Shown here: piece after piece, positions 1-12,720 of the stretch
Numbering within the stretch: the stretch's first letter is position 1
How the letters are laid out: each line of letters begins with the position of its first letter
Assembly: GCA_964016885.1 (NCBI GenBank)
Contig: OZ024755.1
Coordinates: 15,376,001-15,440,000 of the forward strand
Direction: 5' to 3'
Source of the DNA: Eledone cirrhosa
Lineage: Eukaryota
DNA: 64,000 nt
The notes under the pieces: model-generated
The model's database searches: none
What the model saw: only the letters and a program-made list of their open reading frames with translations
Told to the model about the DNA's origin: nothing
Position numbers and translations under genes: made by a program

Positions 1-234
1 GTTGTAGTCGAATTAATAAAATCAAGCCCTGCCAAAGTCAGCAGTGGCGTCCCACAAGGCACTGTGTTGGGCCCACTTCTTTTCATCATCTACATTAATT
101 ACATTACTGACATAATCAAACACAGTAACATCAGAATCTTCGCAGATGATTCCAAGCTCTAAAGGGTCATAAATGTGGTGGGTGACCGGACTTGCCTTCA
201 GTCAGACCTACTGACTGTTATCCAAGGGGCAGAG
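1..234 (+). pseudogene. Non-LTR retrotransposon (CR1/L2-type LINE) reverse transcriptase fragment
   Basis: Frame 1 translates to ...VSSGVPQGTVLGPLLFIIYINYITDIIKHSNIRIFADDSKL*RVINVVGDRTCLQSDL. It contains the SGVPQG-LGPLLF and FADD RT motifs, has an in-frame stop at 160-162, and runs off the window edge. Confidence 0.9.
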
Positions 235-300
235 ATTTTGTTTTTCATACCGCAGGGTGTCCAAAATCACCCTCCTTACCAAGCAAACTTGGAGCTTACA
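235..300. mobile_element. Fragment of the unclassified TG...CA element family (see 18851-19350 and 49848-50456)
   Basis: ttttgtttttcataccgcagggtgtccaaaatcaccctccttaccaagcaaacttgg aligns by eye with ~19211-19270 and ~50308-50366. Confidence 0.7.
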
Positions 301-1049
301 TAAACATATATACACACACACATACACACATTTGTCAGCCATTTTTGCAAGTATACGCTCTCCATGTGCACATAGATTATTTTTAATCCAGCCACAAATA
401 TCAAGACTATGACAAAAATCCCAAGGATTGAACTCCAACATAGTATATAGATAACTGGACAACCGTGTTTACTCCCATCTTTACATCATATTCCGATTTT
501 GACTCAAGAATTTCAAACGCTACTGATGTAGAATAAGTTTGTAATAATGGCCTTGTCTTAGCAGATTGATAGAGAAGGGGTTTGCAGTTTCCAGCATTAA
601 CCTGCATACTACTGTCTTCGTGGCTCATGTGTATATGATATCCCAATCATTTTGTGTAAGGCATCAGACGGACTTTTGACTGTTGGCGCTATTTTTGTGC
701 CACCAGCAGAGCTAGTGTGATTCCTTGCCTACCGACCGAGGTCATGTATAAAAGAGTCACCCCAATCATCAGTGACGCCAAGAGATTTAACAGGGAGCTG
801 CACTTGTTATGAATATTTCATTTGAGGAAGCTTCATTGGCTGCGATGATGGTGTACCGATGTCTATGAGATCAGCCACCCACACATCCATCCCAATGGTG
901 TTGTAGAGGCTTTGCCGCGACATACATATTTTTGTAAACATATTGAACTTGGCAAACCCATTCCTCCTCAAGTCTGACCGCAGTTGATTTCTTCCATTGA
1001 ATGAGAGAGAGGAAGTAGAAGAGAAAATGCGAAAAGAGAAATAGAGATA

Positions 1050-1200
1050 GAATCGACCCCAGTGCTCAACTTGAACTTTATCATCGGTCTCAAACTGATG
1101 AAAGGCAAGGTTGACTTCAACATGATTTGAACTCAAGGTCACTAAGAGCCAGAACCAACTGCGGGAAATAGTCAATCTAATGTTTTAATGATTCTGCCCA
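1050..1200 (-). mobile_element. tRNA-derived SINE family A, degenerate
   Basis: aatcgaccccagt...gatgaaaggcaaggttgac...gatttgaactc is the reverse complement of the B-box and central gcctttcatcc domain seen at 34751-34940. Confidence 0.75.
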
Positions 1201-1505
1201 TCTGCATACTTATAGCTAAATATTTTAGCTAAATAGAAGCAACATAGTTAAAGCTACATATTATGTTTATCTGTATTGCGTTCCATCAAAAGAGGAAAGC
1301 AATGATGTATGTAAGATAAAAGTAAATTCTAATGTTAATGAATAGTGATTGTTTATTAGATTATTCAGTACAAATTCTATACCTTCATCAAAATCGTCAA
1401 CCATACACCCACATACACAAACATATACGCCCCCATAAATACATATACATCCATGCATATGTATATACACACAGAGAGACACACCACTCCATACGCCCTA
1501 CAAAT

Positions 1506-1557
<52 letters not shown>

Positions 1558-2334
1558 AACATTTTGTGTTTTATATATATATATATATATGTATTAAATT
1601 TTGTGTTATATATATATATGGCAGAGGCGGTGTAATGTGAGTGTTTATTTTTGTTGTGAAAGTAATAATAATGTTGGAACATTGATGTTTTTTCTGTAAT
1701 TCGATTAAAGTTTTGTTTTCGTTTGGATATTTGATTATATCCTTCAATTTCATTATGTTCTTAATCAGGTTTACACACACACAGTGAAGTCTTATTAGCA
1801 TCCTTATCTCATAACTGTAGATGAAGTATCTAGCCAAACCAATTTAATTTATCTCTTATATCGTGTAGTATGTGAAATACTCTATTTAGATTAGACGGCA
1901 ACAGCATCATATACTAATGTATGGTACACGTTATATTTACTTGGAAATGGCAAACAGGGTGATGACCAGCGTCCATGTATCTCTATGACCTTTTGACAGT
2001 TGCTCGACCTGGTCGGGTTGGGTTTAATTCACCGTCGCAGCTTCAAATGTTGCCCTATCACCTGACAATGCCCTCTGACCTGTCGCCATTTCATCTGTCG
2101 CCGCTGCAACTGTCGTCATTTCACCTGCTAGTATATTGCAGGCGCATTGTAGCGTAACAGGAAAAAATGAACGAAATAGCATATGTAGATACTTTGCAAA
2201 GCACATTCAATTTCAATCGGTAGAAAAGTACAAGCAATATTGTATATTGTATACGTGTGTACTTGCTGAAAGTAATTCGTTATGAGTTTAAACACGAGGT
2301 GTGTTATGTAATAGTGACATTCCCTCAGTATTCA

Positions 2335-2624
2335 TGTTGATGCAATCAACGGAACATCCTGCTCGTGAAATTAAAGTGCAAGTGGCTGAGCATTCCACAA
2401 ACACGCATACTCTTAACGTAGGTCTCAGGGAGATTCAGCGTGACTCAGAATGTGACACGGCTAGCCCTTCAAATTACAGGTACAACTTATTTTTGCCCGA
2501 GGGCTGGACTGGTGCAACAAGAAATAAAGTGTCTTGCCCAAGGACACAACACACTGCTAAGAATCGAACTCACCACTTTACAATCCTGCACCGAATACCC
2601 TAATCACAAAGACACACGCCTTCA
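2335..2624 (-). mobile_element. tRNA-derived SINE family B
   Basis: Minus strand reads tgaaggcg...gagttcgattc (B-box), then ccttgggcaagacactttatttc, then a tail shared with 36872-37160 and 45590-45868. Confidence 0.8.
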
Positions 2625-3014
2625 GACGAGGTTTGATATAATTTAACAAGAAGTAAAGAAGTGCAGAAATAACCATATGGGGCAATATCTAAAATTGATG
2701 AAATCGAGGACATAAGCATGACTTCAATATTTCAAACAATATTTATAATTCGATTGTATACTACAATCGATATTTCCTCCATTCTACCGCGGAAATGCGA
2801 CAGCGATTTGTAAGTTTTCGACCTGGCTCGTAAGCCTTCAGCTGAGAGGAGGCCATTAAATGACCCCAAAGACCAGATAATAGGTATCACGTCGAGTGAA
2901 GTATGGCGCCTACCACATAGGATTAAAGGACTATGACCGAAACATAGAAAGATGTCAAATTATTCTTGTTACAACGTGTGTCGTGTTGATTCTAACCTGA
3001 GAATTATATTAATG

Positions 3015-3160
3015 TTTTGCATCAAATCACATCGAAGTAAACGTTGCCTTTCATCCTTTCAGGTTCGATAACATACGGTACCAATCAAGTACTGCCGTAA
3101 ATACAATCGATTTTCTCCACCCCAAAATTACTAGTTTTGTGCCTATAGTAGAAATCATAT
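3015..3160 (+). mobile_element. SINE family A, degenerate
   Basis: ttgcctttcatcctttcaggttcgataa...ttgtgcctatagtagaaatc matches the family A core and tail. Confidence 0.7.
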
Positions 3161-3390
3161 TAAGGTTATGCGTTTGTGAAATACCCAGCGACTTGCACGA
3201 TAATTACACGTGTAGGGCTTATTATTATAGCTCTCATGGTTGAATCGGATGCAGGTGCCATATATATGTGTGTGTGTGTGTGTGTGTGATGGTATGTATG
3301 AAAGATATTAACTAAGGCAAGAGAGAGATAGAGACGGAGAGAGAGATGGAGAGGGAAAGAGTGGAAGAGAGATTGATAAAGAGCGCTATA

Positions 3391-3584
3391 CATGTCTGAG
3401 CCAATTGTATATAGAATAACGGAGTACTGCCAGTTAGAGCTTTGGTTTATGAATAGTGTCTTCGATGCTATGATATTGTGTGTGTATACTGTTTCTTGGT
3501 CAGTATAATATGTTGCCTCCAGGTGGTGTAAACCTTCAACAGTAAAGCCATCAATAACTACAGAAGAATGAAATATCTCATCAC
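3391..3584 (-). other. Candidate exon of an unidentified minus-strand gene (3' boundary uncertain)
   Basis: Branch point-like CTAAT plus ttatttcag acceptor at 3585-3599. It is followed by an open non-repetitive frame (G)DEIFHSSVVIDGFTVEGLHHLEATYYTDQETVYTHNIIASKTLFINQSSNWQYSVILYTIGSDM. No homology recognised. Confidence 0.3.
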
Positions 3585-4129
3585 CTGAAATAACATTAGT
3601 ATAGCTAAATCAATAACAACAACAGCAAGAGAAACCGCATTGAAGTCGGTACGGCAAATCTCTCGACGCTAAAAACTGAAAACGTAAATAAAATGTCAAC
3701 AAAATAAAGAACGCAGTATCAATGTCAATAACCGAAAAATTATCACCAGTTACTAACAATCCGGCTTTTCCAACAGCGAGAGAAACAACAATGATAGAAG
3801 GCAGCATTATATGTTTTCCTTTTGAAATTGGCAAAGCTTTCAAATATATTCTAAACATTCTCTATTCAAAATGGTTTCTTCTCAGCACCGTAAATAATAA
3901 AATATACCTCAAATTCCACTTAGTTAGGCAGGAGTCAATTTAATTCTTTATCCTACTCTAGAATGAAATATATGAAGTAGGAGGGACATGGAGCCCTTCC
4001 TATAAGATTTGATTTCAAGATTATTCAGTCAAGAAATTATGGTTTTACCTATTCATCCATTACAAAAATACTTCAGGATATGTAATAAAACTTAGATATC
4101 TCTGACAGGTTTCGTGTTTATGAATTTAC

Positions 4130-4183
4130 CTTTTGTGCATACAGGGCCGTCTTGTAGGAAGATTAGGCTTTTCACCAAATGTT
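4130..4183 (-). other. Candidate 54-nt exon
   Basis: aatag|AACATTTGG...CACAAAAG|gtaaat; length divisible by 3; open in two frames (HLVKSLIFLQDGPVCTK and TFGEKPNLPTRRPCMHK). Confidence 0.3.
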
Positions 4184-4376
4184 CTATTTAGTTGTAACCA
4201 AATAGATTAAGCTTATATGTTTTGCAGAAGGCCATATAACCAATCTTGTAACGAAATCTTTTGTCCCTAAATTAATTTTATGTTCAACATTCATAATGTA
4301 ACATGACTGTGATAAAACATAAAATAAATCATATCTGACGACTTGTTCTGAGAGCTTTCTTTTGTTTATCATGTAC

Positions 4377-4464
4377 CTGGATTGCAAAAGCCGGGAGTAC
4401 CTGCCATGTTTCGATGACGTAAAATTAACTGTTTTGTCGATGAACTGTCCTCGCCCTATTCTCG
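4377..4464 (-). other. Candidate exon (88 nt, or 64 nt ending at 4401)
   Basis: tgtttattacag acceptor; donors CAG|gtactc or CAG|gtacat; one open frame, RIGRGQFIDKTVNFTSSKHGR. Confidence 0.25.
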
Positions 4465-5092
4465 CTGTAATAAACATCAAACTGTTAAATTAACTAACAT
4501 TACAAAGCATTTTGTTAAGTAGAAAGTTTGCATCGAAAGTTATTTTAAGAAACAATAATCGTTTCAAAGCGTCATTATTTCATTTTCCGGCAAACCATTT
4601 CCACCCACATATGGCTCTGAACAACTCTCAATACATCAAGTATGTTGTGTTATAATATTCAATGATATCAGCCAGATATTTGTTTCTTAATATTTCCCAT
4701 CACCATCGTCGCAGTTGTCAGGTAAACACTTCCTTTTCTACACACATGTATACCTAGGAATATTTTTACATTTCTATTACGGAAGTTTATAGTGATGTTC
4801 AAAATAGTCTAAGTACCAGTGTGGATGTTGCTAGCGGTGATATCAATGAGGTCGTTAATATTCGGGTTAAACCTCCTATGAAACATAATTGAACATTGTA
4901 GGACATCGGACATGATCAGTGAGGGTCGGTGAGAGAACTGTGACCCAAGTTGATATGGAGGGAACTCACGGCATCTGGCGTAAAAGAGTAGTATATATAA
5001 TTGTTGACTAGTGAGGTTCGGGGAAAGAACACCACTACAACAGCAGGAGGGCCCATGGATCAATTGACAATCCCACCAACCACATAAAAAGA

Positions 5093-5632
5093 CTTTTTAA
5101 ATCAACGAAAAACCCACCGCACAACCCACTCCTTGTGGAGTTTGAGAGCAGGATCATTACCATGATCCGGACAATTGGATTTAGGAAACCACCGCAAAAC
5201 CCCGACAGAAGTGCATTCCTGTCCGGGCTAGCCGCAACCTTAAAAAAGATCAAGAATAGCAGTGGCATTATCGTCCCAGCTGATAAAACAGGAAACCTAT
5301 ATAATTTAGAGTACAAAACCTACAACAAATACATTACAAACGAAATCTCTAAAATATACAAAACATCAACACGAGAAAACCTAGCACACATAAACAAACA
5401 GGCTAAAACAATAATGACGGAACTGAGTATTGACGACAGGACCTTTCCTTACATCCCTAGGACTATCCATTAAAGACCATAAACCGCACTTCCAGTCAAA
5501 ACTACCGGTCAGGCTCATAGCCCCTTCCAAATCGGACCTAGGTAGACTTAGCAAATAAATTTTTGACCGAATTTTACCTGAACTTAAGATTAGAACTAAA
5601 CTCAGCCTATGGTCTTGTACAAAGGAGGTAAT
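5093..5632 (+). pseudogene. Penelope-like element (PLE) reverse transcriptase N-terminal fragment
   Basis: Reads FKSTKNPP...FESRIITMIRTIGF...VPADKTGNLYNL...IDDRT, then after a frameshift near 5465 IKDHKPHFQSKLPVRLIAPSKSDLGRLSK*IFDRI...[19 protein letters not shown] and RLIxPxKS are motifs of PLE RTs. It has one frameshift and one stop and ends at a (TA)n array. Confidence 0.8.
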
Positions 5633-6078
5633 ATACATATATATCTATACATATATAGATATATATATCTATACATATATAGATATATATCTATACATAT
5701 ATATACATATATAGATATATATCTATACATATATATATCTATACATATATACATCTATTCATATATATACATATATATATATATACATATATCTATACAT
5801 ATATCAATACATATATCTATAACTTTGAAACTTTGATATATATACATATATCTATACATATATATATATACATATATATACATATATATATATACATATA
5901 TATACATATATATATATACATATATATACATATATCTATACATATATATACATATATCTATACATATATATATATACATATATATACATATATCTATACA
6001 TATATATACATACATATATATACATATATCTATACATATATCTACATATATATCTATACATATATCTACATATATATC

Positions 6079-6120
<42 letters not shown>

Positions 6121-6165
6121 CATATATATATATTTATATATATATATATCACATATATATAGATA
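5632..6165. repeat. (TA)n-derived compound microsatellite
   Basis: Tandem TA with TACA and TCTA variants. Confidence 0.95.
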
Positions 6166-6489
6166 ATTATCTGTATTCATGTATATTATACTATATGTCG
6201 GAATGCTTGTATGTGTCTATGTTTGTTTGTATATATGTGTAACCTCTATATGGATGCATCTGACCACTGGCAGATTATGTATGCCTTTCTATATACCTAC
6301 TTATCTTAAACTACAAATGCAGTGTAGTTAATTTAATACCACGACTATTTATCTGTAGGTGACACGTATGTGGAGGGTGTATAAATAATCATGATTATAT
6401 AATTGCATGCCTTCCTACACGTATTCACTCACTCATTATAGATACATACAAACACATACATCACCATATACATATGTGTGAGTGTGTGT

Positions 6490-6551
6490 ATGTGGGATAC
6501 ATAAGTCTGTTAAAAGTTGTATACGTATGTACACTTCAATTGCTTTCCTTC

Positions 6552-6601
<50 letters not shown>

Positions 6602-6705
6602 CACACATGTATATATAAGTATATATATACATGTGTGTGTGTATATATATTAAGAAGGAAAGTGTACATACGTATACAACTTTTAATAGACTTATGTTTA
6701 CCACA
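6490..6705. repeat. Inverted repeat (~60-bp arms) around a microsatellite; partial third copy near 8455-8495
   Basis: tgtggga...cataagtctgttaaaagttgtatacgtatgtacactt...ttccttcttaata (6490-6556) versus its reverse complement at ~6648-6705. Confidence 0.75.
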
Positions 6706-6714
6706 TATATAGAC

Positions 6715-8115
<1,401 letters not shown>

Positions 8116-8336
8116 CAGAGAGAGAACTAGAGACGTACAGATATGTTTCTCTGTGCACATACATATCTACCTACACACATACACACAATGGCGGACGCTT
8201 CCACACGCAGATGTATGTATATATATAGGTGGATATGTATGCATATATGTACCAACGTTTGTATGTATCCATGCATATATGTACGTACCTATGTTTAATA
8301 TATATGTTTATATATGTTTATATATATATATATATA

Positions 8337-8427
8337 TGTGTGTGTGCGTGTGCGTGTGCGTGTGCGTGTGCGTGTGCGTGTGCGTGTGCGTGTGCGTGTG
8401 CGTGTGCGTGTGCGTGTGCGTGTGTGT
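8337..8427. repeat. (GTGCGT)n / (GT)n alternating purine-pyrimidine microsatellite
   Basis: About 13 hexamer units. Confidence 0.95.
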
Positions 8428-8779
8428 ATTGCGGGTGTGCTCGCATGTAGTAAAATGTGTATACGTATGTACAGTTCATTTGCTTTCCTTATTACACGTA
8501 ACAGTTGATTCATTTTGTATGTCTTGTGTAATAATCTTGGCCTGAAGCCGGAATATTGATATAATATTCAGTAATATCACAATTAATATCCGGTTATCAT
8601 ATTAGACAGCATTTACTACTCTTGGTTATTGATGTGATTACAACGAGATACACATGCTCTATACGGGTATGTATAGTCTATATTCTGTGTGTATGGAGAG
8701 AATTTGGAGGTGGGAGGCTGCAAGTGGCCACTCAACCTACATGTAGAACAGCAGCATGCTTATAGAGACGGTAATAATA

Positions 8780-8935
8780 ATAATTCTTTCCAATTTAGTT
8801 ACAAGGCCAACAATCTTTGGGGGGGGGGGGGGGGGAGAAAAATATTTTAAATCGACCCCAGTGCGTGACTGGTGCTTTATCTTATCGACACCGTAAGGAT
8901 TAAAGGCAAAGCTAACCTCGGCAGAATTTGAACTG
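8780..8935 (-). mobile_element. SINE family A, 5'-truncated, with internal G run
   Basis: acaaggccaacaat...aatcgaccccagtgcgtgactggt...aaaggcaaagctaacctcggcagaatttgaact. Confidence 0.8.
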
Positions 8936-8947
8936 GTAGAAGGCTTT

Positions 8948-9012
8948 AAGTGCCTAGCTTTAATCCTGGTGCCAAGTGCCTGGCTTTAATCTTGTTGCCA
9001 AGTGCCTGGCCT
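8948..9012. repeat. 26-bp tandem repeat, about 2.5 copies
   Basis: aagtgcct(a/g)gctttaatc(c/t)tg(g/t)tgcc repeated. Confidence 0.85.
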
Positions 9013-9399
9013 TCGTCTTTTCCTTGCCTGTGACTGCAGCTCTGTCATGTAGCTGAACTGCAGAAAAGTGCGTCTGATTAATGGCGACCACATCAGCTCA
9101 CCGTCAATAAATCTATGCAAACGCCTCAGTCAAAGTGCTTGTTTGTGCATCAACAACCAAGACATGCTGATTCCCGTGCATTGAGTGCTGGCAACAAATG
9201 GAACGTCTGTCCAAGGAAACAAGACCTTTACAGAATAAGTGGAAAAGCAAATATCCAATCTTGTTAAGTGGGTACTGGGTTATGTTTGTGTGTGCGTGAC
9301 AGCTCACACCTATGCAGATTTAGCTGGCCTCATCCAAGGTATATCTCGTTGGAGGTGTCTTGGGTGATTTAATGATAGGGACCCCAGTACTATCATCTA

Positions 9400-9541
9400 A
9401 TTTCTACAGGTGAGTAAACTGGAGCAACGTGAAATAAAGTGTCTTCCTCAAGGAAACAACACACCACCCGGTCCGAAAATTGAACTCACAGCCTTTCGAT
9501 TGCAAGCCCAATACTCTAACCACTAAGCCATGCGCCTTCAC
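9400..9541 (-). mobile_element. SINE family B 5' part
   Basis: Minus strand: gtgaaggcgcatggcttagtggttag (A-box)...gagttcaatt (B-box)...aagacactttatttcacgttgctccagt. Confidence 0.8.
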
Positions 9542-10126
9542 GACTGGGTTATGGCAGGATGCTCAAACACTAAATGGTGATGGAAGCTATGTAGGTATTA
9601 GCTACTTCTCTCCGACATTTCAGAGATAGCTTCCTCCCGGTTCATTTCTGAGTGTGACTTGGAACAACGTCACAGTTCCTGGCCACCTGACACCAAACAG
9701 TCTGGTGTCCCTCGCACTTTCCAAACATCAGACAGTTGAGAATTTAAATCGACTAGGTTAGAAAGATGTATGAAAAGAAATTTGAATGTCATATATTCAT
9801 GTAGTCAAAGTAAAGGTTATTTAAGAGCTCCCAGAGAAATACACCTTTCATTTCGTCTTCAGCTTAAAGAGCAATTAAATTAATCTACTGTTAGATTTAG
9901 ATGAAATAGTGAGTCTTCTAACTCATAATCGTCTATATCCATTAGGGATGTGTGCGCATAGAATAGATAATGAGAACTTCATTCGATTACTCTCATATAG
10001 ACAGGAAACATGACCCTCTACAGATTAAATTATTATTGCCATGTACATATATATATTATAGGAATATAATATTCAATGCTCTCTATGTATAATACACTAT
10101 CTTTGAGATGGAGCGCTCACAGTAGA

Positions 10127-10192
<66 letters not shown>

Positions 10193-11200
10193 CTATTCGA
10201 CATTAATCAGCAAATTGTTTCAAAATAGTTTCCTAAATATATATTGTGCAAGTCATATTGTTCAGCGAAACATTGGACATAATGCGACATTTGTAATTCG
10301 TATTAAGTTATTTCCAGTATATTCTCATGTTGAAATTACATACAATAGAGATATATTATTCATTTCTTACGTTCTTTGTTAATATTTTCAGTCGAATTGC
10401 CTGTTTTGTTTTCTATTGCCTATAGACCGTATATATATATTTATATTCATGCAAATGAAACGGCCGTTTTATTAACATTTGATTCAGAAGCATTCAGATC
10501 TTTACCACGTAAAATAAATAAATAAATAATTTCTAACATGAAAAAAATGTCTCACAAAATGAAAGTGAAAGTACGACAATCGATCCAATATATTGCTATA
10601 TATTATTAGAATTTCTATCATTCAACTAGTAGTATTGATATGGTAATGCTAACCTTATGTGAATTAAAGTTACACACAAGGTCTATTCAACATATATTTA
10701 TAACAATGGAATTCATACGCTGTGCCAATTAATGAATATTCGAGAAATTTAATTTCTCAATTTTAATTGTTAAAGATTCCTTTTGGAGGAGGACCTGGAG
10801 GAGGCGACAGTGAAGGATGATGAAGATAATAATAAGGAGAGGAAGGAGGAGGATGTAAAAGTAATGGCAGCAGTATCAGTAACAACACAGAATAATTAAT
10901 TATAAAGAGATCTATTCTGAAGAAGAAGAAAAATAAAAGATTTCTTACTTCAGAAACCTTAATATTGGAGAATCTTGTTACACGTTGTTTCATCTGAACA
11001 TATTAAAAGTATGCATTCAATTTAATTAAAAGAGAAGCTAAATTGACATGCGTTGGAGCTGTTTAAGGTATTTCCATTTCATTAATTTAATGCGGGGTGA
11101 TATTTTTCTTGGGCCAATTATATATATATATATGTATGTATGTGTGCGTGTGCGTACGCGAATGTACATATACATATATACATAAATAAATAAATAGATA

Positions 11201-11238
<38 letters not shown>

Positions 11239-11510
11239 ATGTATGGTATCAATGCGACAATCCAGGTTTGTCATATTTTCCTGAGTTCAGTGTTTTTCGT
11301 CGCTTTGGTAACTGCGGCTCGTCTATCGGTCGCTGTCTTCAATTTGCAAAGCTATCTAAACGTAATGTTATAACTCTAAGGTAATATACCTTACTGAGTG
11401 CTTAGCTGCACACCCTGACTGCATTCGGAGCTTCGATTATGCTGTACTAAATTCTGTCTATATATATATGTATATATATATATATGTATATGTATATGTA
11501 TGTATACGTA

Positions 11511-12187
11511 TGGTTGCTAGACACTGTACGGTTTAATTCGGGATGTTTGTTTACAAACACACCGAGCATTATAATAAATGTTCGGTGAATCCATACGTAC
11601 ATATAAATGTGTGTGCATGTATGTATAAATATATACATACTACTGTACGTCTGTATACATATATGTATGTACGTATACATATTTATATTTAAGTAACAGC
11701 CGAACTAAGAGTGAGAAATGAAATTTCGTTTCATTTTTTCTGTTTATCGTTTTCGGTACCCCGGCCGATTAACTCACTCGATATGCAAATTAGGCTGCTC
11801 AGCCGTTAATATGCATAAGGAAAGTATATACTTTCAGACGTTCAATCATCTGGCGGGAAGGTATACGTTGCTGACGATAGCTAATAAGCTTGAAACTAGT
11901 ACAGCGTTTCTTTGTCAGTGTTGAACAAATGAGCAACGTTGGTTGCTAGACACTGACCGCTTAATTCGGGATGTTTGTTTACAAACACACCGAGCATTAT
12001 AATAAATGTTCGGTGAATCCATACTTAGATATATATGTGTGTGCATGTATGTATATATATATATATATATATATACATACTGCTGTACGCCTGTATACAT
12101 ATATGTATGTACGTATACATACTTATATTTAAGTAACAGCCGTACTAAGAGTGAGAAATGAAATTTCGTTTCATTTTTTCTGTTTAT
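11511..12187 (+). mobile_element. Non-coding tandem element (429-bp period, A-B-A) carrying a hammerhead ribozyme; retrozyme/PLE pseudo-LTR-like
   Basis: ggttgctagacactg...ttaattcggg recurs at 11512 and 11941. Segment A (~240 bp) is duplicated and segment B holds the hammerhead. Flanked by (TA)n. Homologous copy at 15856-16555. Confidence 0.8.
11865..11907 (+). ncRNA. Minimal type I hammerhead ribozyme (intact core, GUA cleavage after 11901)
   Basis: Stem I acgttg/cagcgt; core CTGACGA; stem II agct-aata-agct; GAAA; palindromic stem III ac-ta-gt; triplet GTA. Stem I extends through ctggcgggaa/ttctttgtcag. Confidence 0.75.
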
Positions 12188-12320
12188 ATATATATACTTA
12201 CTTAAATTCTCTTGGAAATCTGTACACTCTGACAATATTAACGATTTAGTAACAGACTTTGGTGGGATTGAGAAACAAAGAATATAAACGGATGCTGCTA
12301 AACACCACTAGGCATTACAA

Positions 12321-12720
12321 ATGTTGTTCTATTTTTTCCAAACCAATACAAATGAATCGCTAATACGCATAACGATACTAATTAAAAACAAATCTGATTC
12401 AGAATTAGTAGTTATAGCTAAAGTAACTTTAACATTAAATCCTCACTTTAGCAGAAAAAACGTGCCATTCTATAAAGGACGCCTGAGAACAGCACCAGAA
12501 TTCCTTAAACTCCATATTATGCTCAATATAAAAAACAGACCCAGCGCCTTCACCAGAACCAAAGTAAGGTATACACACTGTTAAGGTAAAGCATTCTGTT
12601 TAATACAGACAGATTTCCAGCACCTTGGCTCGAACTAAAGTACATTGGAATCAGTGTTACAGTAAATCATTATATCTTCCCACTTAACACCCAAGGATCT
12701 CAAAAGTATTATCATAATGT
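12321..12720 (+). pseudogene. Possible highly decayed LINE ORF1 (gag-like) remnant
   Basis: Frame-broken segments such as ILFNTDRFPAPWLELKYIGISVTVNHYI loosely resemble the region before the zinc knuckle of I/Jockey ORF1. No intact knuckle. Confidence 0.25.

Noticed and set aside
400-990. Non-repetitive stretch with short minus-strand ORFs
   Set aside because: No recognisable motif or consistent splice structure; probably an old repeat.
1940-2125. Exon-like minus-strand segment (GEMTTVAAATDEMATG...) with 15-bp internal repeats
   Set aside because: It has an in-frame stop, and the periodicity suggests a minisatellite or transposon remnant.
3610-3900. Possible PLE C-terminal region (EIGKAFKYILN)
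   Set aside because: Similarity is too short to support.
8948-9012. 26-bp repeats as a CRISPR-like array
   Set aside because: There are no spacers; it is a plain tandem repeat in a eukaryotic context.
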